A DNA stretch of 64,000 nt from Rhodosorus marinus CCMP1338. Taxonomy: Eukaryota > Plantae > Rhodophyta. Where the stretch lies: NCBI GenBank assembly GCA_029953675.1, contig JAMWBK010000011.1, forward strand, positions 1,178,001 through 1,242,000, given 5' to 3'. Position numbers and translations under genes: made by a program. Below are positions 47,277 to 60,659 of the stretch, one piece after another. Below the pieces are notes generated by a model. That model was not told where the DNA came from and searched no databases. It saw nothing but the letters and a program-made list of their open reading frames with translations. Numbering within the stretch: position 1 is the stretch's first letter; every line of letters begins with the position of its first letter.

Positions 47277-50193
47277 ATGATGGAAGGGGATGTTGTGTCA
47301 TCTAGAGTGAGGAGTTTGAGGGCGAAGATTGATCGCGTGAAGAGCAAGGTGAGCGGAGGTGTAGAGGGTGTGTGTGAGAGTGAGGAAGTGGGTGCACTGC
47401 GGCGCTATGGCGAGGCTGGAGGTGAGAGCTTTGGAGCGGATGTGCTGCGTGAGTTTTGTTCTCCTGAATGGAACGGCTGAGATGTCCCTTGTTTTTTCCT
47501 CTTTTTTTCTTTTTTTTTCGGCTCTAGCTGAAGATGTCCCGTTCAAGGAGACTGTTAATGGGAGGCAGATGAGTGAACAGTTGAAGGATATCAAGCGGAC
47601 TTGTGGAGTTGGACTTTCGGACGAGTTCATTGAAACGTCTGTAGGAGCCGCTCGAGATGCATGGTACCGAAGGGAGAAGTCGTCATTCAAGAGGTATTGT
47701 GCGGAGGATAATGACGTTCTTCGTGCGAGCCGGGACTACTTGAATCAATCGCATTACCTCAAGCCCTCACTCTATCCGCTCCTATGGGAGTTGGGTAAAG
47801 AATTTCGGGGTACTGTAGCTCGTGCTTATGACGAGCAGCTTCCTGAACCGCTGACGTACAATGATATCGATCCACGTAGAGGTGATGTTCCGAAAATCGT
47901 ATGAAAATTGTCTGGCTTCTCAAATGCGATGCGTGTTCTTTCCCTCAGCGATCGAGAGGTTCATGACCCCGTCCCACCCAAAGAAAGATCCTGCTGCATC
48001 GGATGGCGACGACTCCGGAGTCACAACAAGGCTGCGTCGAGCTCAAGAGGAGCTCTTCCAGGCGGATGACACTACCAAGCCGCGACCCGGTAGGCTCACT
48101 TTCCTCTGGTCCAAATTGGACTCCCGTATCTGATCGCATTAACATTCCTCGATCTATTCCAGAACGGCAGTCGAGCTTGAAGCGGGAGAATTCCTACACT
48201 TTGTCGGCGAAGAATCCAAACGCTGGCCGCCTGTTCAGGAGCAAGGAGATGATGCTCGCGAGGAAACGAGGCGCTCACTGTGGACTCTGTCCGCCACTGG
48301 AGAGAGAAGAGGAGGAACAGCTCATGACCGAGCTCGTTGGGCCTTTCCCAAAGCGAGACGGAAGTATGTCGCTCTTTGTACATCTAGAATGTCTCTTGTG
48401 GGCTCCAGAAGTCTATACGGACGGGCACGGAAACTTCAGAATGGTTTATGAGGTATACAACAGAGGTCGGAAGCTGGTATGTTTGAGACTCGTTGCGAAG
48501 GATGCGGTAATTGGGGCGTCACGGGCAATTTTCGCTTATTCTGAATGGCTCTTCTCTAGGTCTGCGCAACCTGTGGGGTGAAAGGGGCAACGATTGGTTG
48601 CTACGTAGAGTCGTGTAGAAAATCGTACCACTTTGCCTGCCTGAAGAAGGGCTCGTGTCGCCTTGTTGAAGAACACTTTGTTTGTTTTTGTCCAAAGCAC
48701 CGCGGACGTGCAGATACAGCGATTTTCAAGCAAATTATCAGGTGGGTGTCGGCACTACCTTTGCGAAAGGGAAAAAAACCTTTAATGAGCTGACAACGTT
48801 ACGACGTTCTTCTTCGTGCCGGACAGTGCGGCATCGGCTGCTGCAAAGGCCAGAACAGAGGTAAAGGTGGATACAACGTATGGATTGGATACGCCGCACT
48901 CGTTTTTTACGGGGCTGCGGCGAGGCCAACAAGAAGTCATCTTCTCCCTTATATGGGGTGTGACAACTATTCCCAACGTAGAACACGTGGAAGAATCCTT
49001 GTTCTCTCTGAAGAGAAGGGCGGTTGTGAAAAAGTCCGACCGCCTGCGACTGCGCGATGGAGTTCGCGTCATAAAGCATTCTGTTTACAATGTGGCATCC
49101 GATCAGTTGGCTCTCAAGGTGAGCTTCAGTTCCCCGCTAGAACGCTTCATTTGGGAGGTGGTCTAATTAAACACCGGTGGTGGCCACCTTCAAATGCTCT
49201 CACCGCAGCAAGCACCCATCGCGCATGGCAAAGGTTTTGCCAGTCATTCACCATATCTGTGTTGTACGCTGTTTTTCCCAGGCAAACAAGGTCTATCGTC
49301 ATTCGTCTCTGGCACCGCCACAGCGTCAGCGGGTGATCATGGTGAGAAATTTTCGCGGTTGTCAACCATTCGCGCCCGGAGCAATGCGTCTGATTGAGTC
49401 CCAGTCCATACCACCGCCACCAGCCCCCGCTTTCGCGATCAAACCCGAACGAGACGATAAACGAGTCGAGCCTCCGGCGTCTTCTTGGGGTGCTGAAGAA
49501 GCGCATGTGGTGAGCCAGACCGCGATGGCGACAGACCGACCTCTACCTTCTACGGATCTTGTAGAACAGGCAGTGGGTGCCGGCTCCTCGGCAGAGAATG
49601 AACCTCGACTCCATGATGCTACCGTCGACAACCCCCTGATCCAGTCCCTGGTGCCAAATGCCCGAACACAGCAAGAAAGAACCGGAGCAGAAGATCGTCT
49701 CCCAGCGGGCCAACGCGTGCCCGATCCAGTGGAGACGACAAAGGAGAAGAAAATGGAGGTCACGCCGGTATCCGGGGCGAGTGAAAAACTGGCAGGTGCC
49801 GCACCTGCCAGTACCCCTGGCAATGATGCCGAGAAGCGAAAACCGGAAGAAGCAGTAGCCGCGCCAGTCAGTGGGTGGCTGCTGTTCCTTGTCGAAACTC
49901 TCGAGGAGGAAGGGGAGAACGACCCGGATGCGCTGCAAGATCCGCTTCTGAAAAGAAACGTCGCCTCACTCTGGAGCCGACTTTCTGTTGAAGCGAGGGA
50001 GGACTACGAGCGCAAGGCGATCCAACTTGACCGATCTGGGGTTGATGAAGCAAAGTTTCTGGAGCAGGCCGGACTGCAGCACGCGATCAAAGGCGGAAGG
50101 GATAGGAGAAGCTACATGAGGAAATCCAGGAAGAGAGGGCGAGACGGTGAAAGGAAACAAAAGTTTTATAATATTTATAGAGAAATTGATTAA
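47277..50193 (+). CDS. Nuclear protein with an extended PHD (zf-HC5HC2H) finger and a C-terminal HMG-box-like domain; multi-exon
   Basis: HCGLC...VHLECLLWAPEV...CATCGVKGATIGC...CRKSYHFAC...CPKH. C-terminal SGWLLFL...VASLWSRLSVEAREDYERKA. Joining these into one gene is inferred. Confidence 0.75.
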
Positions 50194-50355
50194 ACACAAT
50201 TAACATGAGAGCTTCTCGTGACGAGGCATGCCCAAGGGACTCGTGAGCACTCGCGCTGACGTCAAAGCTTATCACAAAGCGGAATTGTCCCTGCATTTAC
50301 AAAATATGCTCGGCTTCTTGGTTTCACTGAGGGTGGACGTGTAGAGCCTCCCGCT

Positions 50356-50882
50356 TTAAGCGTGACTTCTAGCATTGGGCTTTCGTAAGATATCCTCCAG
50401 ATGTGCATCATTCCCATACTGCGGCATTTTCTTCGAAGACGCGATCTTGTCGTTGAGCTCGTCGTATGAGCTCATATAAGCCGGACGAGGAGTCTCTTTT
50501 GATTTTCCAGTTGCTCCAGGAGAAACATTTGAAGGACGAGGATACGGAATCTTGTAATGGAGCGCGAGCTCCAACCTGCTCTCGCCTTCAAATAGTTTCT
50601 TCTCAATCTCCTCCGCTCCAACGACGAACTGATTCTTCCTAAACAAAGTCATGGACTCTTCGCGTATATACCTTCGTTCTTCCACAGTCTCCCCTTTACG
50701 CATAAAAGTCGAGGCGACGAATTCACATACAATAGAAGTCAAGACCGACAACATCAGAACACCATCAGCGCAGAAGCAAAAAATGCTTCCCCAACCCTCA
50801 ATGGCGTCTTCTCACAATACTTACATTCTCTAGCTGTTCTTAAAATACGCCTGTACAGCGCTAAAGCACGTTTAGAACTCAT
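50356..50882 (-). CDS. LYRM1: LYR-motif protein 1-like; 2 exons
   Basis: MSSKRALALYRRILRTARE|W spliced to EERRYIREE..LFRKN...ESRLELALHYKIPYPRP. Confidence 0.88.
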
Positions 50883-51291
50883 GATTTTTCTCCTTGAGCC
50901 CTTCTACTGATCATTCCCCATGTGTCGCTTGCTTCCCAAGAATCTCAAAAACACTGGCTTCGTCTCCCCCCTTCATCTTCTGAAGACGAACGACTAGGAA
51001 TCAAATTAACAACTTAAGAGTCACCTAGATATTCAATCTTTGTTAGTTTATTGACTGCCTATTGACCAGAATATTTGAATAATATGAATACTAGCCGTTG
51101 TTTGACTGATTCGAGATATGACGCTTATCGACCATTATCGGGTGGTTGAATGGGCGTACATCCTCCCGTCCGTCACTGCGAATAAAGTTTCATAGTGTAC
51201 ATAGCATCCGGGCACCTACGTGAAAACCCAACGTTGTACGGGAAGGAATTACCGAGAGGCCATCAATCCCTCCATTACATGAGGAAAGATC

Positions 51292-52773
51292 TCACGACGA
51301 TTCTACCTTGGGAGTCTCAGAGTTGCTAGGGAATCTTGCAAGCTCTGGACTGTCCTCAACGATATTATTGCCGTCGACCACGACCTCGATCACCTCTTGG
51401 TGACTTACTAACCCATTCTCCTCAGAAACCACCTCCGACTCTTTGCGGCTCTCAAGATCACACCCTGCGGGATTATAGCTCTTCCATACCGTGCTCACTT
51501 TCCTCTCCGAGCATAGCACGCTCCCACAGTGCTTGCAGCCCTCCTCATCTTCATACGGCTTACCATTCTCCCAGGTCTTCTTCGTTATATGTTCCTTCGT
51601 CGTTTTGTTGATGTAGATCAGTCGCGTGTGGAGTATGAGTAGGGGTACAAAGGCCAACAGCGTTAAGAAGCATATTATAGCACACACTAGCACCACCTTG
51701 ACAAAATCACACCAAACGCAAGTTCAGGCTCTTTCCCGAAAGTGCCCCCCGGCGGTGAAAAGGCCTGATGAAAGTGTGCTTACGGAGGCTGGAGTTTCCG
51801 ACAAGATGATGTTCAAACCTTCAACGCCGGAGACACCCCTTTCGGCGGCAGTCTCGTTACTAAACCCGACCAGAAATAGAATGCTACCCCAAAGCGTGAA
51901 CGCAGCGAGGAGGTCAGTGTACAGGACAAACAGGTAGAACCATCCATAGTTTCTAGATCCTATCGTGTGACCGCGTGAGAGACTGAGTGCTGAGTTTCCG
52001 TATTCGTCAATGGAATCTTGTTGATCGGCTCAATAGTCAGGCGTACCGATGCAGTTGCCCAGCCACGTACAGTGGTGATCGAATGTGTCGACGCAGTTGT
52101 CACATATCCTACAGTGTGATGATCTAGGTGGCCTCCAGATTTGGCACGTTCCTGTACATAGAGAAATTGGGCGCATTTGAACGTAGTATGCTTCGGGGCA
52201 TTTTGCTTGAATCGTGTACTCACGGCAATAGTTTAAGGCGATTGTGACGCCGTTTATGACTACTTCTTTAACAGCAACGTGTCCTGGATGAACGTCTACC
52301 GGGAGATCCTCGGGAGGGGTCTCGCTCCGAGGGATAATACCAGGATCACTGAGCGCGGCGAGGATCCATGCAGAAATCGTCATTGTTACCAAAACTTTCG
52401 TGACGACGAGCAAGAAGATCCCCAATCCGGGATTGCTTCCGGTTGTCCAGCCGCCCCTATAGCAATTCACGACGCACAATGAGCGAACGAATCAAGAGAA
52501 ACTGTAACCATGAATACGCGAGATTTTGTGGGAAGCTCACCCGAAAACCGCGTACAACACGCTTACCGAGATGATTAGCAGAAGCGTATAGAGATTACGC
52601 CACCAATCTGCTCCAGCGAGTGTCCTTCCGCAGAAAAAGATCCTGTTCTTCCCCTTTATCCTCTCCGTATCGTACCTCTCGGGCTCGAAAACAAGCGCCA
52701 TAAACCCACCGAAAAATATTGGGAGGATGACCGCCTTCAAAAACCTGAAGACTTGTTTCCTTTCCACAGCCAT
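51292..52773 (-). CDS. DHHC palmitoyltransferase P1 (ERF2/ZDHHC9-like), catalytic motif intact
   Basis: [52 protein letters not shown] (DHHC at 52069-52080), NKTTKE. Confidence 0.93.
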
Positions 52774-53460
52774 CTCGAGGGCAACCTGCGCAGCCTCTGG
52801 TCACCTCTTTCACGGAAGCTTTTGCCTACCTCTACCTATTCCACCAGTCATTAATTTCTTCTCCGGACGCCTTTCTTCGAAAGTGAAACCGCTTTTGCAC
52901 CAAGCTCACGGGTTGGTCCAGAAAAAACAAGTCCCAAGTCGATCTCGAAAAACCTACCCCTGAACCCAGTACAGAGCTAGTTCGAGACCAGCTGCCAGCA
53001 TAGAAGAGGCTTGCACGAGCAACGTGATTCGCAAACTTCTTCCAAAACGCAGCATTACTACTTCGGATATACAATCCAAACTACCAATGACTCCATCAAC
53101 CCCAGGCCGAACTATTGTTGACCTTCTAAGATTCATTTTTGCCGTATTGCCGTTTCGACTGGTGCAACGGATTTCCATCTCCACTTTTGGTAAAGAGTCA
53201 CCTGCAAATTCAATCTATATAAAAATATTGACTGCCTATTAATGTTTGAGAGATTAAATAGTAACGAACATATCTTAATTTGACTGAATTTTTGTTGACA
53301 CTTATACTTGTGGTGCTCGGATGGTTCTCCCACGAGGAGCTGTGTGGGGAAGGAGCGCTGCGACGTGATACAGGGCCATGCTGAGGAATCGGTTGTATTT
53401 CCAGCGTTTATTTTCATGAATACCAGGTAATAATTTAGATTTTCCAGTCTTGGGGTAGTC

Positions 53461-55023
53461 TCATAACGTATCTTTCGAAACAGGCCTGGAGTTATTGTAT
53501 TGGCCTGTCTCGTGCGCGGGTGGAGTCGGTCTGAGCGCCGTTGCGAGATCCGCGGGATGATCTTCTACGGACTCCCTGGAATCGACTGCAACTTCAACAT
53601 CCTCATCATCTTCGACTGAAATTTCAATATCCTCTTCATCTTGGACTGCTGCGTTTGCATCCGTTCCCACCTCCAATCCCTCATCGGCCTCCGGATCCAC
53701 CTCTGGCGGATGATAGCTCTTCCACATCGTGCTCTCTCGTCTTTCAGAAAAGACAACAGTCTTAAAATGCTGCCAACCCTGCTCATCGTCATATGGCTTA
53801 CCATCAGTCCATATCTTTTTCGTCAGATGTTCCTTCGTCGTCTTGTTGGTTAAGATCAGGCGCGTGTGTAGGCCAAGCAAGGGTGCAAACATCAATATGA
53901 TGAGGAAGCAGATAATGGCCGAGACAAGCCCCACCTTTTCATCCGCAGGAAAAATCTTAGGATCTCTGTTCCCCCAGAGCTTCCAGGCAGAGGTATGAAA
54001 CCTTGGCAACTTTTTACTTACCGGCGCTGGAGATTCGGATAGGATTATGCTAAACGCCTGGCTACCAGAGACATCCCGCTCGCCCGCTGTCTGATTCGTG
54101 AACAAGACCAGGTAGGTGATGCTTCCGGCGAGCGTGAACAACGAGAGCAGCTGTGTATGTAAAATGAACAGGTAGAAGGCTCCGTAATTTCGGGATCCTT
54201 TTGAAAGTCAAATGAGAATTTTAAAACTAAGTTTGCAATGCTTTGCAATGCCCGAATGAATCTTGTCCGTGCTCGTTACATGTTGGCCTACCCACGCAGT
54301 TTCCCAGCCATTGACAATGGTGGTCGAAAGTTTCAACACAGTTGTCACATACCCTGCAGTGAGACGATCTTGGAGGTCTCCAGATCTTGCACGTTCCTGT
54401 TCTCCAGTTAGATTAGCGTTATGAAGGCAAAAAAAAAGGTCCAGTCTAGGCATAAACTCACGGCAGTAGTTTAGCTGCACAGCAACATCGTTTATGACTA
54501 CTTCTTTCACAGCGACGTGCCCGCTCGGAATAACTTCTGGAAGGTCCTCCGGTGGTGTTTCGCTACGCGGTATAATGCCAGGATCGACGAGTGCGGCGAG
54601 TATCCACGCGGAGATGGCCATTGTGACTAAAATCTTTGTGAGAACGATAAAGGTGATTCCAACTGCTTGATAGTTATTGGTGAGCCAGGCTTCCCTGAGT
54701 AATGAAGTCGCCAAATGAAGGAACAGCGACTAGCTCAGAAGACAGACATTTGGGAGAAGATGTGGCAGAGTCCATGGTGGAAATCCTTACGGGACAGCGG
54801 CGTACATCACGCTCGTTCCAATAAGAAGCAAGAGCGTGTACAAATTCCTCCACCAATCACCCCCAGCCAGCGCCCTACCTAACAAGAACACCTTGTTCTT
54901 CCCTTGAATACGCTCCTTATCATACCTCTCCTTCTCAAATACAAGGCTCATAAATCCTCCGAAGAATACTGGCAGCAACCCAGCCCTCAAAAACCTCAGC
55001 GCACTTCGCCTTTCAACGTCCAT
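53461..55023 (-). CDS. DHHC palmitoyltransferase P2 (close paralog of P1), catalytic motif intact
   Basis: [48 protein letters not shown]. Same intron positions as P1. Confidence 0.93.
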
Positions 55024-56072
55024 CCTAGTTACACCGTTCAAATCCGCCCGGCAAACCCAGAAGTCGGCTTCCTCGTGACTACACGCCGGCCGATACCATT
55101 CCAATTCGCAAGCCCAACTCCCCCTAAACAAGAAAAAAGTTTCAGAATCCCAATCACTATTGCTCAACCAAAGCGATCTGGTAAGGAACAGCAGTCCTAC
55201 TCAACGCAGTTCTACCCCACTCCCACTCAGAGCTGTTGACCCGCTTCAACCAAACCCTCTAAAGTCTGCTTCCTCCCGACCGCAAAAGGCGTCTTAAAGC
55301 CTGACCGTTTCCTCCTCCAGTTCTTCGAGCCAGGAGTAAGAGTTTGATAAGTACTTAGTCGGCTAGGAAAGTACTCACTTGTTCGGTGGTATTCGGACCG
55401 TGCGGTGGAGCTTCCTGTAATCGGACTTCGAAAACTAATGCCTTGGTACAATTTGCTTTAGCTCCTATGGAGCGAGTAAGGAAATTCAACTTGATTGAAA
55501 GTACACAAAGGAGTTTGGTCGAGAGCCTCAATAGCTTCTCCACCCACGTACGTGAGTGATTTCGCCTCCGAAGCAGTTGTTCGATCAGGTCGAAAAGCAC
55601 CCGTTCGGCTTAGGAATTTAACCTTTTCTTCAAATTTTCTGTCTGGTGAACAGGATTAATATTTTGGAAATAAGTTAATTGACGAACGGTTTTTTTCTAG
55701 CGAATTTTCCGTATTTCAATTTCTTCCTTATGTCGAGCTGGAGCCGTTGGGTTCAATTGAATAAGTAACAGCGGAAGGCACTGCTTCAAATTCAACGAAG
55801 AGGAAACATTTGAAGCTTTGTGATAGACTGCGCGGGTGTGCTTATGATCTTCATCAAGGAATGCTTCCGACGCCTTCCTTTTCCTAGTTGGAAATATGGG
55901 CGGGGAGGTTGTCAAGTGCCTCTGGGGCAAAATCGGAGCTTGGCAGTTCCATGTGTAGCTTCCCGAGTTTTTCCTGTTCAGAAATCGTATACGCGTATTT
56001 TACATGACGAACTCAAGTGTTCATAATTAGATGGTTCCAAAATTGTACAAGCGGGAGAACGCAAAGAATGCC

Positions 56073-57415
56073 TCAGAGTAGCTCGATGTACCCATGAGTC
56101 GATTCGCCCTCAACGGGTTTGGACACCAACATCGGTTTTTGCACGGGTTCCTCGTCTTCACCCTTTTCTGGGTCCTCGCAATAGCCCTCGTGGAGTTTGC
56201 TCGGAGGTTTGCTCACGAATAGCGTAGAGCGGATGGACTTGAACCCGCGCTCCGAGAATGGATTGTGCCCTGCAATCTTCCATGTCCGGCGGTTCTGAGC
56301 ATTAAAAAGATGTATCGCTAACGTGAGTTTCCGGGGTCTTTCTTTGTTCGTTCTTCCCGCTAGTTATGTCTTAGAACTTACGAGCTCGTGCGCCGTTTGG
56401 TTGGTCCACATGAGATAACCATGCTTTAAAAGCAGGTAACCGCTATACAAACCACCGGCCATACACAGAATCATTATCGGAAATGCCAACTGCGAAGGAA
56501 GAATGAAGAGAAAATGTTAGCTCAACCGCGTGCGCCAAGGCCACAACAGCCAACCGACTGGAGCGGGAAGATCACTTACGGCGGCAGCGGAGTTGCTAAG
56601 AATCCAGTCAAAAGCTTCGTCTCGAGAAATACCCTGGGACTCCATTTCCGATGTCGTGTAGAGGTGGAGGTAGACAACAGCCATGGCGAACCTCATCCAG
56701 GAAACAAGGAACGTAAAAACTACAAAGCAAATAAAGTTTCCATAGGTCCGCTTTCCTGTTAAGGGCAAAGACGACATCTTCGTAAGGGGGCTGCATAAAC
56801 GCAAACATTTTTGCGATGACGCACCGACGCATGTTCCCAGCAGAATACTATGATGTGAGTATCCCTCAACACAATTGTCACAGATTCTGCAGTGCTCTAC
56901 CCGCGGAGACTTCCATACTTTACATGTCTCGCAAAACTTAACCTCCACAGGCTGTTCGTTTATGTGCATTATTTTGGGGCAGTAGTGATTGTCTTCGCGT
57001 TCTTCCGACTTGACCATTTCCCGGCGCGGAACGATCCCCGGATCCTGGGACATGGCCCTCCACATCGAAGCGAGTACTACTAGGATCAGAAATTTCGGCA
57101 AAATAATGATCACCAAACCGCCCGTGTGATACTCATCACTCCGTGTCATCCAGAGTACCCTACTCAAGATCGCAACAAGGTCGAGTCAGCTCGAGTTCCG
57201 TACCAACTACTGCGTTTGGTTATGGCTCACGGTCCCAAAACGAAGAGAAGACTAGGTATCAAAATCATCGCCGCAGGCACCAAACTCCACAGATACCCAG
57301 GCCCGAGCAGGGCCTTCTTCCGCATAAAAAATTTGTTATTTCCATGCACCTTATCCACGTCATAAGCCGGCCGTTTCGTCAGAAACGGTGTAACAAATGC
57401 TAAAACTCTCCCCAT
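56073..57415 (-). CDS. DHHC-fold protein P3 with SHHS in place of DHHC (predicted pseudoenzyme)
   Basis: [43 protein letters not shown] (SHHS at 56847-56858), NQTAHE in place of TTxE. The spliced frame is uninterrupted to TGA at 56073. Confidence 0.9.
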
Positions 57416-58546
57416 CTCGGTTTCCCACAGATTTCTCAACCTCTCATACCCTTTTTGACCCTCGTGGAAGGGAACCACTAGCCCTCCGCAACCAGTGCGT
57501 GATCCTTATATATATATATACACCACCATCACCTACCCCTGTTTTTCCTCCGACCAATCCGCAGATAACTCACTAGCTGCCATCAACCGTGCGGGAAGAA
57601 TTTCCAAAGACCTGCCCGAAACCGCCTCCAAATTGAAACGTGCCGAGCTCAATATCGTTGAACAACAATTCATCTCAAAAAGATATCAATAACTGCTCAA
57701 TTTTTTTGGTCACAGATCGCCTACCTTCTTCACGTCGGATTCTCAAACTATCGCCCAGAGTTCATTCAGCTCACCCCGATCATTGATCATTGTCAACGAG
57801 TCGCAAATCAGCGACTTGCCGTTCCACATTTTACTTAAATCAGCCAAAACCCCCGACGAATTTCCTGTAACGGCGGCTGACAGTGAAAAGTTTTCCATTT
57901 TTCTCGATAATTGAATTCAGATATTTGTAATTTATTGGGCAGAGCTCGATAATTTATTTCTTTTCTTGGTCAATGTTGCCTTCGAAAATCGTTTTGTTTG
58001 TTTGGAGGGCGGTCTGTGGGGGAGTTTTATAGTTCTGAAGGTGTTCATGTCCCCGTATGCAGTGCACAATGGACGACTTCAGAAATTTCGACAAGGGCTT
58101 AGCTTAGGAGAGCTTGTGTCGGGTGAAAACATCACGTTTTTTTCATTGCCCGTTTAAGATATATTTTTGATCTTTCTGTTCGCTACCTCCATATGATAAG
58201 ATTTGTGTTTTGGATCTTTCCTAGACGAACTAATTCGTACGAATGAAGTCCAATCCCAAGATTCGCCCTCTTCGGAGCTAGAGTTTAGGCTCTTAAAGAG
58301 GGCACAGCAAGTAAGTTTACGAACGATCCTTCTTCTAACCTGTTCCTGAAGGAACTGACGAATCACCCGATCCGACCCCATTTGCGAGGACTCACGAATA
58401 CCCCAGTCCGTGTATTCGAGCCCACCGGTAAACTTTACGCACCGATGTCCACTTGTCCGGGACAAGCACTTCTTCAACCCACCAACTATCCTTCCGAGCA
58501 CTTGGAATTTCTTTTTGCAAAATTCCGTTTTTTATCGCCCAGAGGG

Positions 58547-58670
58547 GCGTGAACCAAATCCGGGAGGAAGACGGTTCCCAGCTGGAGGCGCACGCGGTGG
58601 AAAGGTATAGATTTGTTCTCGAACACACACTGCACAGTAGCCGTGAGCAGCTAGACGTAGAAGAATCTGA
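58547..58670. repeat. 124-bp dispersed direct repeat, copy 1
   Basis: Three mismatches relative to 62375-62498. Confidence 0.92.
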
Positions 58671-59303
58671 TGGCTTCCTTCTTCCCTTCTACTACCGCTT
58701 TCCCCCACGGGGTTCGGATTATTACCGTCTTCGTCGTATCCCCTCTCGTATTCGTAGACACTTGTCCATCACAAGCAACTACTGTGTGAGAAATCCCTAC
58801 TGAAATATTCTGGATTGATTTACTAAAGTGTTCTAGCGTTGGGTGCTGGCCTCTACAACATGGATTGTAGGAACCTGGTGTTGGAGGTGAAATTTGAGCT
58901 GCTTTCGATGTTATGAGGTGAGTGATTGACTCACTGAATTTCAATATTGAGAAGACGAGAAAAGTCTACTGGTTCCGGAGAGTTGATGGTGTGAGCATGT
59001 AGGAAACTATGGACGGTTTTCTTGGGGTTTGTTATACATGGGCAGGTGACATTCTCTGCTTTCAGACTAATGTTATTGACATGATGGCTTTCAGAGCTCA
59101 ATTGTAGAGTCATCTTGATGGTGGTTAAGATCTATATCCTTCCAGACTCACATCCGGCAGCCAGGGAGAAAACCAACCGCCGGCTGAGCCAACGTTTGCA
59201 GACCAGCGTGTCAACTGGCAGGAACATAACGGCAATAACAAAGTTGTACAAGTTGCTTTCGCATATAAGTTATATAGTTTTTCGCCTATTTTCAGGTCCA
59301 TTC

Positions 59304-60659
59304 TCAAATAATTTCAATGAATCCGTCCTCGCTACTGCTCCCACAAACCTCCACTTTGGAAACCGGGCTCGGTTCAGGACCGGATTCCGCTTCCATCTCC
59401 GGGTCTTCGCAGTAATCTTCGTGCAGTTTGCTCTCAGGTTTACTCACAAAAAGGGTGCGGCTGATCGACTTGAATCCATGATCGGTGAAGGGCTTTTGCT
59501 CCACGTTTTTCCAAACTCCGCGTTTCTGTATCGTAAGAAGTTAGGCGCGGGTTAGCACGAAATTTTGCATCGCGGGGTTGGCGGCTTTCGGTCTCGTGAA
59601 TTACCAGCTCGTGTAAGGATTGGTTCGTCCACATGAGATAGACATGCTTTCCAAAAAGATAGCTAGAGTATACTCCTCCAATTCCGCATAGGACTATGAC
59701 CACAAACGCAACCTGTAGTGGAAATAAGGTCGACAGATGGTAAGCTACCGGGGTTCGTAGATTATTGGGTCATAGACGATTTGGAAAGGCTGCACTTACA
59801 GAAGCGGCTGAGTTTTGAAGAATCCACTGGAAAGCTTCGGCGCGCGATAGATTTTGTGACTCCATTTCCGCCTGTGTGTAGAGGCTCAGGTATACAAAGG
59901 ACAGTGCAAACCTCATCCAGGAAACGAAGATCGTAAAACACACGAAGCAGAAAAAGTTTCCATACGTCCTTTTACCTATCATCCAGAAAATCGGAGAATC
60001 AGCGTTTGGAGCCAGGCCAAATTTCGGAGCACTCTTGAGCATCTTTGAAAACTTACCGATGCAGGTTCCCAACAGAAAACTGTGATGCGAATAACCTTCA
60101 ACACAGTTATCGCATATCCTGCAGTGCTCCACTCGAGGAGATTTCCAGATGTTACAAGTCTTGCAATATTTCACCTCGACGGGAACATCGTTCACAATCA
60201 TCTGTCTCGGTGCCTCCAAATTACAATCCTCATCCTCTTCCGGGTGGATCATCTTCCTTCGAGGGACGATTCCCGGATCCTGGGACATAAGTCTCCACAT
60301 CGCGGCCAAAACGATAAGAATAAGGATCTTGGATACGCATATGACCGCCACACCAGCAGCATGGTGATTATGAATCAGATAAATCTCACTGCAAGCATTG
60401 GGGAACAGTTCAGGCGGAAACTATAATTAGCAAGGAGATCAGGGTGGAGCCGTTCGTTGAAAACGAAATCTTACGGTCCAATAATGAATAAGACACTTGG
60501 GATCAACAGCATCAACGCGGGAACGAGACCCCACAGATATCCCGGCCCCAGCAAAGCCCTCCTCTTCATGAAGAACTTGTTGTTCCCTTGAACCTTTTCT
60601 ACATCATATTGCGGCCGCTTCGTCAGGAACGGAAGCAAAAATCCCAAAACCTTTCCCAT
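59304..60659 (-). CDS. DHHC-fold protein P4 with SHHS in place of DHHC (predicted pseudoenzyme)
   Basis: [43 protein letters not shown] (SHHS at 60079-60090), NQSLHE. Same exon layout as P3. Confidence 0.9.
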
